From an uncultured Verrucomicrobiae bacterium (GTDB lineage Bacteria > Verrucomicrobiota > Verrucomicrobiia > Chthoniobacterales > JAFAMB01): a stretch of DNA of 64,000 bases. The notes below the pieces were generated by a model that saw only the letters and a program-made list of their open reading frames with translations, was not told the origin of the DNA and searched no databases. Location: the NCBI GenBank assembly GCA_963762565.1, contig CAVXLD010000001.1:960001-1024000 (forward strand), in the 5' to 3' direction. The translations under genes were made by a program, and so were the position numbers. This document shows positions 47,821 to 57,130 of the stretch, piece by piece (the first letter of the stretch is position 1; every line of letters starts with the position of its first letter).

Positions 47821-48678
47821 TTACGGTTTCTGGATCGGAACACGCACGCTATTTCCCCACTCTGTCCACGAGCCGTCGTAGTTCCGGACGTCCTCGAAAT
47901 CGAGAAGCTTGGTCAGCACGAACCAGGTGTGGCTGGAGCGTTCACCGATTCGGCAATACACCACGGTGTGGTCGGACGGAGAAAAGTTTAGGTTCTCGAC
48001 GTAAATCTTTCTCAATTCTTCCGCCGACTTAAACGTCCCGTCATCCTTAACTGCCGTTTTCCAAGGTACGCTTTTTGCCGCCGGAATATGTCCTCCGCGC
48101 AACACACCTTCTTGCGGGTATTCCGGCATGTGAGTGATCTCGCCTTTGAATTCGCCCGGCGATCGGACGTCAATCAATGGTTTCCCGGCTTTGCTTTGCG
48201 CGAGTGCCTCTTCTTTGAACGCACGAATTTCGCTGTCTTTGCGGTCCGACGGAGTCGGGTATTTCGTCGCAGGATACTGCGGTTTTTCTTTCGTTACCGG
48301 CCTGCCTTCAGCAATCCATTTATCCCGTCCGCCATTCACGATTCGCATATCCTTGTGTCCGAATAGCGAAAACACCCAGAGAGCATAACAGGCCCACCAA
48401 TTGGACTTGTCTCCGTAAAAGATCAACGTTGTCTCAGGCGTGATGCCGATCGATTCGGCCAGCTTGGAAAACCCTGCCGGATCGATATAATCACGGACGG
48501 TTTGATCGTTTAAATCTCTACGCCAATCAACATGGACAGCACCCGGAATATGGCCGGTATCGTAAAGCAACACGTCCTCGTTGCTTTCAATGATCCTCAC
48601 CTTGGGATCACTCAGATGTTCGGCCACCCAATCGGTGCTGACCAACGACTCGGGGTGAGCATAATTTTGAGAGCTCAT
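47821..48678 (-). CDS. Two-domain rhodanese / thiosulfate sulfurtransferase
   Basis: [39 protein letters not shown]. Confidence 0.94.
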   Translation of the reverse strand: MSSQNYAHPESLVSTDWVAEHLSDPKVRIIESNEDVLLYDTGHIPGAVHVDWRRDLNDQTVRDYIDPAGFSKLAESIGITPETTLIFYGDKSNWWACYALWVFSLFGHKDMRIVNGGRDKWIAEGRPVTKEKPQYPATKYPTPSDRKDSEIRAFKEEALAQSKAGKPLIDVRSPGEFKGEITHMPEYPQEGVLRGGHIPAAKSVPWKTAVKDDGTFKSAEELRKIYVENLNFSPSDHTVVYCRIGERSSHTWFVLTKLLDFEDVRNYDGSWTEWGNSVRVPIQKP

Positions 48679-48687
48679 AAGTTACCG

Positions 48688-48715
48688 ATACTAGCCTGGA
48701 TCAGTACCAGGTCAA
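48688..48715 (-). promoter_or_regulatory. Putative sigma-70 promoter of the sulfurtransferase-SufE genes
   Basis: Minus strand TTGACC-16 bp-TAGTAT, 9 nt before the ATG. Confidence 0.5.
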
Positions 48716-48717
48716 CC

Positions 48718-48786
48718 AAACTATACTCAACCAGTCGGCTAAAGTATACTCAACAGGTCGAGTAAAATATACTTCCCAGTATGATT
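48718..48786. promoter_or_regulatory. 23-bp-period tandem operator-like repeat
   Basis: AAACTATACTCAACCAGTCGGCT / AAAGTATACTCAACAGGTCGAGT / AAAATATACTTCCCAGTATGATT. Confidence 0.55.
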
Positions 48787-48955
48787 TTTAGAGTTTCAAC
48801 ATGCGAGTCCGCTTTTGATTAAAAATATCAATCCAAATCATTGATTTTCTTTATATATTTAGTTAAATACCGCGTTTCGATTTGTATTATTAAGCACTCA
48901 AAGCGAGCGCCCCTTGCTTTTCAGACACTAATCCGATCAACCGAGTTTTAAGGCT

Positions 48956-50437
48956 ATGACTACGACCATTCACGACGAACAACTCAAATCGGCCTCGCCC
49001 GGCGCTGAAGGATCGCACCAAAGCGAAGCGACGGCGGAACCGACTGAAACCACGTTCGACTGGCCTCTGGCCTACCAAGCTGAAAGTCTAGTCCGAGATC
49101 TTATCTCAGGGTTCCTAGGGAAAAACTCGGCCTCGCAATCGCTGGCCAAAGACTTGTCGGAAAAGACCGGCAGCGACTTTCTGGAATGGGTGGACCATTT
49201 CACGTTGGCGCCCGAACATGAACTGGAACTCCGAGATGCCGGATTCATCAACGAACCGGTGAGAGCTCAAGCCGGCCAAACGGTGTTTTATCACCCGCGC
49301 GCAATGTTGCCACGAGTGCTGGTCCGGCCCGCAGGCAGCGTGAACTCGGTTCCAGCAAAATTGGCGATCCGGCCGGAATCAGTCGTCGATTTTGTTGCTC
49401 GACAGCAGTTGTCCGGAAAAATCCAGGGAGCGTTCGGAGATCGCCTGCGCGAGGTCGTCATAGGCGCCGAAAGCGGTCATACTTTTAGTGCAATTGAGCG
49501 ATTGGCCTATCGGGACTTCGTTGAGCCAGACCGTGTTCCCGGCTTTGCCGCTGAGGTCATGGCCGTACGCGAGCTTTGGAGAAGCCGAAAGCGCGATTTC
49601 CCAAAAGACGAGGACGGAGTCCGGCATGCGTTGGCCTTACAGCAAGAAGCAATCGACCGGGTCGGAGCGGATGTCGCCTGTGAGCTTTTTTTTGCCGAAG
49701 AGCGCACCTACTGGGAACTCAGGAATCGAGCCGGCCGAATCCAAAAACGGAGACAAGATCTGCTCGGCCTAGGCTGGGGCAATCACGACCATCATACTTT
49801 CCGCTCATCGCGCCGGTTCTTTGCGGATCTAGTGACTTTCCTGCAGAATTTCGGCTTCCAGAAACGGGAGCGGTATTATGCCGGAGCTGAAGCCGGTTGG
49901 GGCGCTCAGATCCTGGAACACGCCGTTACCGGGATCACGGTCTTTGCCGACGTCGATTTGATGCCGGAGGAGACAGCGATCGATTTTTCCAGTCAGCGGT
50001 TACAAGAAGCGCCGGTGTTGCGAACAGTTGGGCTTTGGTGCGCCTTACATGGGGACAGTTTCTTGCAAGCAGGGATGCATCATCTCGAAGCTCGGTTCGA
50101 GTTTGAAAATCTTCGAGCTCAATTGGCCGATGAGGGCGTCACCACGATGAACCCGTTCTCGAACTTCGATTTCCTGAAGCAAGCCTTTACTCAGGGCGAA
50201 CGGTGGCAGGTGAATCCAAAACGAGTAGAGACCCTGCTGGAACGCGATCTCATTACAAAGGAGCAAGCCGCAAAGTTTTTGGAAGAAGGTGCTGTGGGTA
50301 GTCATTTAGAGAACTTACAGCGCCGAGGCGGTTTCAAGGGGTTCAACCAAAAATCGGTCAGCGTCATCATTCAGGCGACAGACCCACGCCGCGCTTACAG
50401 CGCAAATGACAAATCCCAAATAACAAATGACAAATAA
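48956..50437 (+). CDS. VOC-fold metalloenzyme, candidate DUF1338/HglS-like 2-oxoadipate dioxygenase/decarboxylase
   Basis: NHDHHTFRS, GMHHLEAR, LKQAFT, HLENLQR..GFNQKSVSVIIQAT motifs; upstream of lysine catabolic genes. Confidence 0.6.
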   Translation: MTTTIHDEQLKSASPGAEGSHQSEATAEPTETTFDWPLAYQAESLVRDLISGFLGKNSASQSLAKDLSEKTGSDFLEWVDHFTLAPEHELELRDAGFINEPVRAQAGQTVFYHPRAMLPRVLVRPAGSVNSVPAKLAIRPESVVDFVARQQLSGKIQGAFGDRLREVVIGAESGHTFSAIERLAYRDFVEPDRVPGFAAEVMAVRELWRSRKRDFPKDEDGVRHALALQQEAIDRVGADVACELFFAEERTYWELRNRAGRIQKRRQDLLGLGWGNHDHHTFRSSRRFFADLVTFLQNFGFQKRERYYAGAEAGWGAQILEHAVTGITVFADVDLMPEETAIDFSSQRLQEAPVLRTVGLWCALHGDSFLQAGMHHLEARFEFENLRAQLADEGVTTMNPFSNFDFLKQAFTQGERWQVNPKRVETLLERDLITKEQAAKFLEEGAVGSHLENLQRRGGFKGFNQKSVSVIIQATDPRRAYSANDKSQITNDK

Positions 50438-50547
50438 CAAGATGAACGACGGATACCTGAGAAACAAAGAACCGAAGCCCGAGACGGTGCGAGTCGCTCT
50501 CTCGATGCTCCCTATCAATTTGTTATCTGTCATTTGTCATTTGTCAT
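50403..50547. repeat. Inverted heptamer arrays (ATGACAA family)
   Basis: CAAATGACAAATCCCAAATAACAAATGACAAATAACAA facing TTGTTATCTGTCATTTGTCATTTGTCAT. Confidence 0.88.
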
Positions 50548-50558
50548 AAATTCTTGCC

Positions 50559-51665
50559 ATGCGAATTGGAATCATTGGTGCAGGGAAAATTGGGGGATCG
50601 ATTGCCGCGCTGTTGGAGACGTGCGGTTTTTGCGACGAAGTACGGCTAGCTGATAATCGTCCCTTGGACAGCCTGCAGACGTTACCGAAGTCTTCAAGCC
50701 ATATTCTAGATGTCACGTCGCAACCGGCGTTGCGAACATTCGTAGACTCCTGCGACGTGGTCGTGAGTGCTGCACCGTTCTATCTGAACAAAACGATCGC
50801 CTCTGCTTGCGCCGATCTTGAGCGGTCTTATTTCGACCTGACCGAGGATGTTGAAACGACGAATTTCGTGCGCGAGTTGAGCCAGGGCCGGCGCAGCACT
50901 TTCATGCCCCAGTGCGGGCTCGCACCTGGAGCCATTAATATTATTGCTAGCGGTATCGCTAACACCTTCAAACAGATCAGGACCGTGGAAATGCGGGTCG
51001 GCGCACTGCCTTTGTCCGCCAGTAACCAGATGAAGTATTACCTAAGCTGGAGCACTGCCGGATTAATCAACGAATATTGCCAGTTTGGCGAAGCGTTGAT
51101 CCAAGGCCGGCGACTGTTAACGAATCCTCTGGATGGCGTGGAGCGCTTAACCATCGACGGGGTGGAATATGAAGCATTCAACACTTCCGGTGGTGTGGCC
51201 ACGATGTGCGAGAGTTTCGAAGGCAAAGTCACCGACCTTAGCTATAAGACGCTGCGTTATCCCGGTCATCGGGACCTGATGAAGTTCCTGTTGGTTGACT
51301 TAAATTTGTGCCAGAAGCAGGACGTGCTAACGCAGATCTTCGACCAAGAGATCCCGTTGACCTTTAATGATGTCGTTGTGGTTTACGTCAACTCTGTAGG
51401 CTCCGACGGCGGCGCCCTTCTACAGAGGAGCTTCGTGAAAAAGATCTATGCGGGTCAGGTCAGTGGCCGATCCCTTTCCGCGATCCAACTTTCGACTGCC
51501 GCCGGAATAGTCGGTGCGCTTGAGTTGTTTGCCAACAAACAACTGCCCAGCGGTTTTGTGCGGCAAGAATCAATCAGCCTCAGCCAATTTTTTGAGACCC
51601 AGTGGGGCGGCCGAGTCTACGGCGAAGCCGAAACCGTCGCTCCGCGATTCAGTGTACAGACCTGA
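50559..51665 (+). CDS. Saccharopine dehydrogenase family protein, probable L-lysine 6-dehydrogenase
   Basis: GAGKIG, YFDLTEDV, PQCGLAPG, WST.GLINEY, YEAFNTSGG, YKTLRYPGH. Confidence 0.8.
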   Translation: MRIGIIGAGKIGGSIAALLETCGFCDEVRLADNRPLDSLQTLPKSSSHILDVTSQPALRTFVDSCDVVVSAAPFYLNKTIASACADLERSYFDLTEDVETTNFVRELSQGRRSTFMPQCGLAPGAINIIASGIANTFKQIRTVEMRVGALPLSASNQMKYYLSWSTAGLINEYCQFGEALIQGRRLLTNPLDGVERLTIDGVEYEAFNTSGGVATMCESFEGKVTDLSYKTLRYPGHRDLMKFLLVDLNLCQKQDVLTQIFDQEIPLTFNDVVVVYVNSVGSDGGALLQRSFVKKIYAGQVSGRSLSAIQLSTAAGIVGALELFANKQLPSGFVRQESISLSQFFETQWGGRVYGEAETVAPRFSVQT

Positions 51666-51796
51666 TCATGAAGAAGTAATCAGTAATCAGTGTGTCAGTA
51701 ATCAGTTCGGAAGCAGCCCGCGTCTCAACTGAATACTGATTACGTCTCCCTTTGTGCACGAAAAGAAACCTCGCGAAAACTTACTCAAACCGAGCT

Positions 51797-53347
51797 ATGA
51801 CCCCCAACAAATTCGACGTCGCCGCTGTCCGTGACGAAGTCTTCGCCAGCCTGCGCCTGACTCAAACCGAAAACGGCGCCTTCTTCGGCACATGGGCCGG
51901 AAACGGGCCGCTACTGGAAAAACATTCTCCCATCGATGGGTCGCTCCTTGGCGCCGTGCGCCAACCTTCGGAGAAGGATTACCAGACCGCCGTGGAAGCC
52001 GCTTCGCGCGCTTTCGAAGCCTGGAAACTCTTGCCGGCGCCGAAACGGGGTGAGGTTGTGCGCCGGATTGGCGACCGGCTCCGAGCAGTTAAATCCAGCT
52101 TGGGCAAATTGGTCACCCTCGAAGCCGGCAAAATTGTGGCAGAAGGTGAAGGAGAAGTGCAGGAAATGATCGATATCTGCGACTTCGCGAACGGCCTTTC
52201 CCGGCAACTGTACGGGTTGACGATCGCATCGGAACGCCCGCAACATCGCATGTTTGAACAGTGGCACCCGCTTGGCGTCGTCGGCGTGATTAGCGCCTTC
52301 AATTTCCCAGTGGCCGTTTGGTCGTGGAACGCGATGGTCGCGGCCGTAACCGGTAATGCGGTCCTTTGGAAGCCATCGGAGAAAACGCCTTTTACCGCTA
52401 TCGCCTGCACCAAAATCACGGCGGAAGTCTGTGAGCAAGCCGGAGTAGATCCGGCAATTTTCAGCCTGGTTTGTGGTGACCGGCTCATCGGTGAGCGACT
52501 CTCCAGTGATCGCCGGATCCCCTTAGTTTCCGCCACGGGTTCGACTCGCATGGGGCGACAAGTGGCCCAATCTCTGGCGGCCCGCCTGGGTAAGAGTCTG
52601 CTCGAGCTCGGAGGCAATAACGCAATTATTGTGACGCCAAGTGCCGATCTGCGTCTGGTCCAGCGCGCGGTTCTGTTCGGCGCTGTGGGAACTGCCGGAC
52701 AACGCTGTACTACAACGCGCCGACTGATCGTCCACCGTTCGATTCTCGATGAGGTGATCCAGACGTTAAGCGCCGCTTATCGCCAGGTTAGAATCGGTAA
52801 CCCCCTCGATCCCAATACCTTGATGGGGCCTTTGATCGACCAGCCTGCGGTCGATGGCATGGAGAACGCCATCCAGCGAGCGAGAGCGGCCGGTGCAACC
52901 GTGGTATTTGGTGGTAACCGGTTACCAGCAACTGACTATCCCGGAGGGCTCTATGTTGAACCCACGATCGTACGCGCGGAACCCGAGTGGCAGGTCGTTC
53001 AAGAAGAGACCTTCGCTCCTATCCTCTACGTTTTAGCGTACGAACATCTGGACGAAGCGATCGCCATCCATAACTCCGTGCCCCAAGGACTGGCCTCCGC
53101 CATTTTCTCTAACGACATCCGCGAGACTGAAAGGTTCCTTTCTTCCATCGGCAGCGATTGCGGGATTGCCAACGTCAACATTGGCACCAGCGGCGCGGAG
53201 ATCGGTGGCGCTTTCGGCGGCGAAAAAGACACCGGAGGTGGACGAGAAAGCGGCAGCGATTCTTGGAAAGCCTATATGCGGCGTCAGACGGTGACGATCA
53301 ATTATTCGCCGGACCTCCCGCTAGCTCAGGGCATCCGGTTCGAGTAA
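51797..53347 (+). CDS. ALDH7/antiquitin-type aldehyde dehydrogenase (alpha-aminoadipate semialdehyde/P6C dehydrogenase, AmaB-like)
   Basis: GLSRQLYG, SAFNFPVAV, LLELGGNNA, GTAGQRCTTTRR, SGAEIGGAFGGEK, TINYS..LPLAQGI; ATG at 51797. Confidence 0.92.
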   Translation: MTPNKFDVAAVRDEVFASLRLTQTENGAFFGTWAGNGPLLEKHSPIDGSLLGAVRQPSEKDYQTAVEAASRAFEAWKLLPAPKRGEVVRRIGDRLRAVKSSLGKLVTLEAGKIVAEGEGEVQEMIDICDFANGLSRQLYGLTIASERPQHRMFEQWHPLGVVGVISAFNFPVAVWSWNAMVAAVTGNAVLWKPSEKTPFTAIACTKITAEVCEQAGVDPAIFSLVCGDRLIGERLSSDRRIPLVSATGSTRMGRQVAQSLAARLGKSLLELGGNNAIIVTPSADLRLVQRAVLFGAVGTAGQRCTTTRRLIVHRSILDEVIQTLSAAYRQVRIGNPLDPNTLMGPLIDQPAVDGMENAIQRARAAGATVVFGGNRLPATDYPGGLYVEPTIVRAEPEWQVVQEETFAPILYVLAYEHLDEAIAIHNSVPQGLASAIFSNDIRETERFLSSIGSDCGIANVNIGTSGAEIGGAFGGEKDTGGGRESGSDSWKAYMRRQTVTINYSPDLPLAQGIRFE

Positions 53348-53383
53348 GTCCGGCCTGCAGTCCTCTCGACAAGTCGATTCCGC

Positions 53384-54202
53384 ATGGACGCCGATACCGC
53401 CCGTTTCTACTCGCGCGATGGCTTACTATCGCAAATCTACGACCAACTGACGGCCGCGGAATGGGAAGCGTCCCAAAACGATGTTCCATTTTTCCTGGAA
53501 GAAGCCAGGCTCTCCGGCGGTCCTCTGCTTGAGCTCGGCTGCGGCACGGGCCGGCTATTGATCCCTCTGCTTTCGACAGGAGTTCAAGTCAGCGGACTGG
53601 ACGCCAGCGCCGTTATGCTGGAGGCCGCCAAGCGAAAACGTGACCAACTTCCTGCTGATATCGCCGGACGGTTACATCTTCACCAGGGCAACATGTCGGA
53701 GTTCGAACTCGGGCAACAATTCGCTTTGATTTTGGTCGCTTTCAGATCATTCCAGCTTTTGTTAACTCCTGAAGCACAGCGGTCCTGTTTAATTTGTATC
53801 GGCAGGCATCTGGTTCCGAAAGGTAGAGCGATTATTAACCTGTTCGATCCGCGCTACGATTTAATCACCGCGGGGACACAAAAGAGCGTTTCGTCACCCA
53901 AAGATCTTATTCACCCTCTTTCCGGGAATCATATACTGGTGGAGACTTTGGAGCGCGAGAACGATCCGTTGACTCAAACCTTCAAAGAGCGGTGGCGCTT
54001 CACCGAAACCGATTCTAGGGGAGCATTGGTTCTGCAGGAAGAAGCACAACTCCAAATGCGTTGGACCTTCCGCTACGAAATGCGCCACCTGGTCGAGAGC
54101 TGCGGCTTCGTCGTTGAATCCGAGTACTCGGATTTTCGCCGTTCTGCTCCTCAATATGGCAAGGAACAAATCTGGGTCCTGAGGCACGGCACCGAACACT
54201 GA
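53384..54202 (+). CDS. Class I SAM-dependent methyltransferase
   Basis: LLELGCGTGR, GLDAS..ML, HQGNM motifs. Confidence 0.9.
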   Translation: MDADTARFYSRDGLLSQIYDQLTAAEWEASQNDVPFFLEEARLSGGPLLELGCGTGRLLIPLLSTGVQVSGLDASAVMLEAAKRKRDQLPADIAGRLHLHQGNMSEFELGQQFALILVAFRSFQLLLTPEAQRSCLICIGRHLVPKGRAIINLFDPRYDLITAGTQKSVSSPKDLIHPLSGNHILVETLERENDPLTQTFKERWRFTETDSRGALVLQEEAQLQMRWTFRYEMRHLVESCGFVVESEYSDFRRSAPQYGKEQIWVLRHGTEH

Positions 54203-54304
54203 TCTAAACCAAAGATCACAAAGGCCACAAAGACGGGTTGGCAGCGAAAAAATCGTCCTCGTCCTTCGTCGTCGTCCTCGTCCTTCGTCGTCGTGCGTGT
54301 AGCA

Positions 54305-54387
54305 ACCCCACGGAACGGCTCAAAACCGGCGCGTTCTTTCCAGCCTGAATTCAGAATCCTGGGCGCGCCGAGTTTTTCGCCCTACCG
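54305..54387. repeat. Half copy of the family D element
   Basis: ACCCCACGG..GCTCAAAACCGGCGCG[loop]GGCGCGCCGAGTTTTTCGCCCTACCG matches 18306-18389 with a different loop. Confidence 0.85.
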
Positions 54388-54413
54388 GTTTTGCAAGCCG
54401 ACGACCCCACTTC

Positions 54414-55307
54414 TCACCTCTCACTTCTCACTGTCCCCACCTGCGGTTCAGCGCTCTGTCGGGCCAACAGCATCGTCTTTTCAATCCAAGTCAGATAGTC
54501 TTCCAAGACACGAGTTCGGCTTTTCTCGTTGTGCAGCTCGTGCAGGAGCCCATCATAGACTATGAGATCTTTGGCCGGAGCCTTGAGGCGTTCGTAAAAT
54601 TCAATTGAGGCTTCAACGGATGTCACGGGATCAGGTCGGCCTTGGGCTATCAACACCGGAGCGTTAGCGCGAGGATCGGCTGACAATCGGCGGGCTTCGG
54701 CGCTTATCTCGAAGAAAGTGCGTGCAGTGATAAATGTGTGACTGAGGTCCAGATCTACCAGAGAATCGAGATGAGCTTCATCGCTGGAGTTCTGGCTCCG
54801 CTTGAGCCCGGTTGGAAAGCGACACTGCGGAAAAAATTTGTTAACGAATGAAGCGAGACCCACTAGCCATGCAGCCGGCGGCTTGGTTAACGCCAGCCAA
54901 GGGCCACTGACCACGTAACCCGCGATATCAGGCTCACCTCGCGCCGCCACTGCGAGCGCTAACTGCCCACCGAAACTGTGACCGAAGATGAACAAAGGAA
55001 AAACCTTGACCATGTGGATACCGGCTCGCACGTCTTCAAGAAATTGATCGTAACGTTCCACATAACCTGGCGTCCCCCCGCTTCGCCCTTGGCCCCGCAC
55101 ATCGATCCCAATAATGTTAAAACCTGCTTTTCGAAAGAAATCGCCGACGTGGACGTAACGGCCGGTGTGTTCGCCCAATCCTGGAATCATGAGAATGGTT
55201 CCTTTCGCCGGACCCTCTATTTCCCATTCTCGGCAGAACAATTTGGTTCCATCGGTACTTAGCACATTCCGCCAGCTTGAATGATCAGGTATTTTAAATG
55301 ATTCCAT
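54414..55307 (-). CDS. Alpha/beta hydrolase (lysophospholipase/monoacylglycerol lipase-like)
   Basis: GLGEHTGRY, D.RGQGRS, GHSFGG, HELHNE; start 55307 or 55331. Confidence 0.88.
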   Translation of the reverse strand: MESFKIPDHSSWRNVLSTDGTKLFCREWEIEGPAKGTILMIPGLGEHTGRYVHVGDFFRKAGFNIIGIDVRGQGRSGGTPGYVERYDQFLEDVRAGIHMVKVFPLFIFGHSFGGQLALAVAARGEPDIAGYVVSGPWLALTKPPAAWLVGLASFVNKFFPQCRFPTGLKRSQNSSDEAHLDSLVDLDLSHTFITARTFFEISAEARRLSADPRANAPVLIAQGRPDPVTSVEASIEFYERLKAPAKDLIVYDGLLHELHNEKSRTRVLEDYLTWIEKTMLLARQSAEPQVGTVRSER

Positions 55308-55349
55308 CGACTTTTTGCGGCTATGAGCCAAACATCATTCTAGGCAGGC

Positions 55350-55730
55350 ATGCGTCTAAATAGCATCTTTGATTATTTACCGGCAGGCGGCGCGTTGGCC
55401 GATTCTAAAGATCGCTTGATTAGCGCGCGGATAAAGCAAGAACTCAATATCCAGCTAGCACGATACGGCCAAGTCTTAGATGTAAAATTAAATACTCGCG
55501 AGCAAAGCGTGGAGCTTTCGATGGCTCTGAAAGGCGAATCAGCCCCGATTACGGTTAAGATTGGCAAATACTCACTGACCAAAGAGAACGACCAGCTATG
55601 GTTGGCGGTTGATAGCCAAGCCATCGAAGCTTCTAGAGAATGGGTGGCTTTGCTGCTGCAAGATCAAGCCAGACGCCAAAAGCTGCCAATCCCGCAAAAA
55701 TACGCCTGGTTGGTGGAATTTTTGGGGTGA
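55350..55730 (+). CDS. Hypothetical protein
   Basis: 126-aa ORF with protein-like composition filling the intergenic space. Confidence 0.7.
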   Translation: MRLNSIFDYLPAGGALADSKDRLISARIKQELNIQLARYGQVLDVKLNTREQSVELSMALKGESAPITVKIGKYSLTKENDQLWLAVDSQAIEASREWVALLLQDQARRQKLPIPQKYAWLVEFLG

Positions 55731-55788
55731 ACGGGGCCGCCGGGGACCTTCGTTCTCGTCCGGTTCCAGCGTACGGATTTGCTCTGTG

Positions 55789-56068
55789 GCGCCTGGAGGG
55801 GAGCCGCTTTGGCGCCTAGCAGACGACCTCGCGATATTCGGTTCGACGTTCAGTCCAACCACGAAATGTTGCAACAGGCGGCTCCCGCGAATAACCCAGC
55901 GCGATGATCTGCCCATGGCCCCGATTCGTTTACAAACGGCCTTGGAGCGGAGAACCGTTGGGTCGTTCTCGCGAGCCGCCTGTTTTCGCACGGTTCGGAC
56001 GGGTCAGCGTTGAGAAGAATTTCGCGAGGGCGGAGAGATGAACGCCAAAGCGGCTCCCCTCCGGGCGC
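55789..56068. repeat. Four-arm REP-like doublet, family A, copy 5
   Basis: Arms at 55789, 55874, 55956, 56043. Confidence 0.92.
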
Positions 56069-56156
56069 AACAGACCAATTCCAAGCGCCGGGCAAGAACG
56101 TTCGAAGACGAGGACGACGACGAGAACGAGGACGATCCCCTGACCCCCCTACCCCC

Positions 56157-57041
56157 CTACCCGCGCCGAGAACGAAAAGTCAGCTCAGACACCCCAGACT
56201 TATCGATGTCGCCCAATCCAAGCTCGATCATACGGTCATATTGCCGTTTGGAAGCCTCCAGCAACGGCAGATTTAGCCCTTGCTCTTTAGCCAGAGCCAA
56301 GGCGATACCGCTATCCTTGGCGGCGTGCGCCGCAGAAAAGAACGTGCTGTGCTCGCGATCTAACATGTCCGGTCCATCGGTTTCCAGCACCCTAGAATTG
56401 GCTCCGGTTTGCGAGAACACTTCGGTAACCACTTTGAGGTCTAAGCCCAAGGCATCCGCCAACCCCAGACCCTCGGCTAATCCGGTCGTGTTGATGTTCA
56501 TCACCATGTTAACCAAGGCTTTCAACTCAGCAGCTTTTCCGGGTCCACCGACATACTTCATCTTCACGCTCAAATCCTTCAAAAGCGGCTCGGCTTTATC
56601 GATAACAGCGGGATCACCAGCCAACATGAAGAATAGTTTGCCTACTCGGGCATGAGTCACACTAGAGGCCATCGGTGCTTCGATAACCATGGCGCCAGCC
56701 TCAGTGCCTTTCTCGGCGATGGCAACGTGAACCGATGGACTGATCGTCGCGCAATTCACAAACAAACGCCCGGACGCATGCGCAAAAAGATTGTCGTCAC
56801 CAAAATAAATCTGTCGTGTGGCATTATCGTCCGTGACCACTGTGAACACAGCGTCAGCTAATTCGCTGACTCGCGACACCTGGCCGGGAGCGTCACAATC
56901 GAGCTCCTTAGCCAGTTCAACCGCGATTTCTCGATTCGAATCGAATACCGCGACCACCGGATAACCGACATCTTTTAAGCGCCGCGCCATGTTTGCCCCC
57001 ATTCGGCCGACGCCTACGAACCCGATCTTCGTGGATTTCAT
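56157..57041 (-). CDS. NAD(P)-dependent beta-hydroxyacid dehydrogenase (3-hydroxyisobutyrate dehydrogenase family)
   Basis: IGFVGVGRMGANMARRL, EAPM, catalytic K..VN, AKD motifs. Confidence 0.88.
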   Translation of the reverse strand: MKSTKIGFVGVGRMGANMARRLKDVGYPVVAVFDSNREIAVELAKELDCDAPGQVSRVSELADAVFTVVTDDNATRQIYFGDDNLFAHASGRLFVNCATISPSVHVAIAEKGTEAGAMVIEAPMASSVTHARVGKLFFMLAGDPAVIDKAEPLLKDLSVKMKYVGGPGKAAELKALVNMVMNINTTGLAEGLGLADALGLDLKVVTEVFSQTGANSRVLETDGPDMLDREHSTFFSAAHAAKDSGIALALAKEQGLNLPLLEASKRQYDRMIELGLGDIDKSGVSELTFRSRRG

Positions 57042-57130
57042 GGTGGAGAATAACCTCTAAAATAGGGTTTTTCGAGGATTCAGACGGTGTAAACAATGAG
57101 CACCCTAGTCGTGCTCTAGGAACCCAGGGC

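Noticed and set aside
51979..52617. Long antisense ORFs (also 56038-56655, 27920-28468, 39244-39789)
   Set aside because: Shadow frames of well-supported genes in GC-rich DNA, with no recognisable motifs.
2411..56068. CRISPR array interpretation of conserved arms with variable spacers
   Set aside because: Arms are inverted, only four per locus and dispersed; there is no tandem direct-repeat array and no cas gene in the window.
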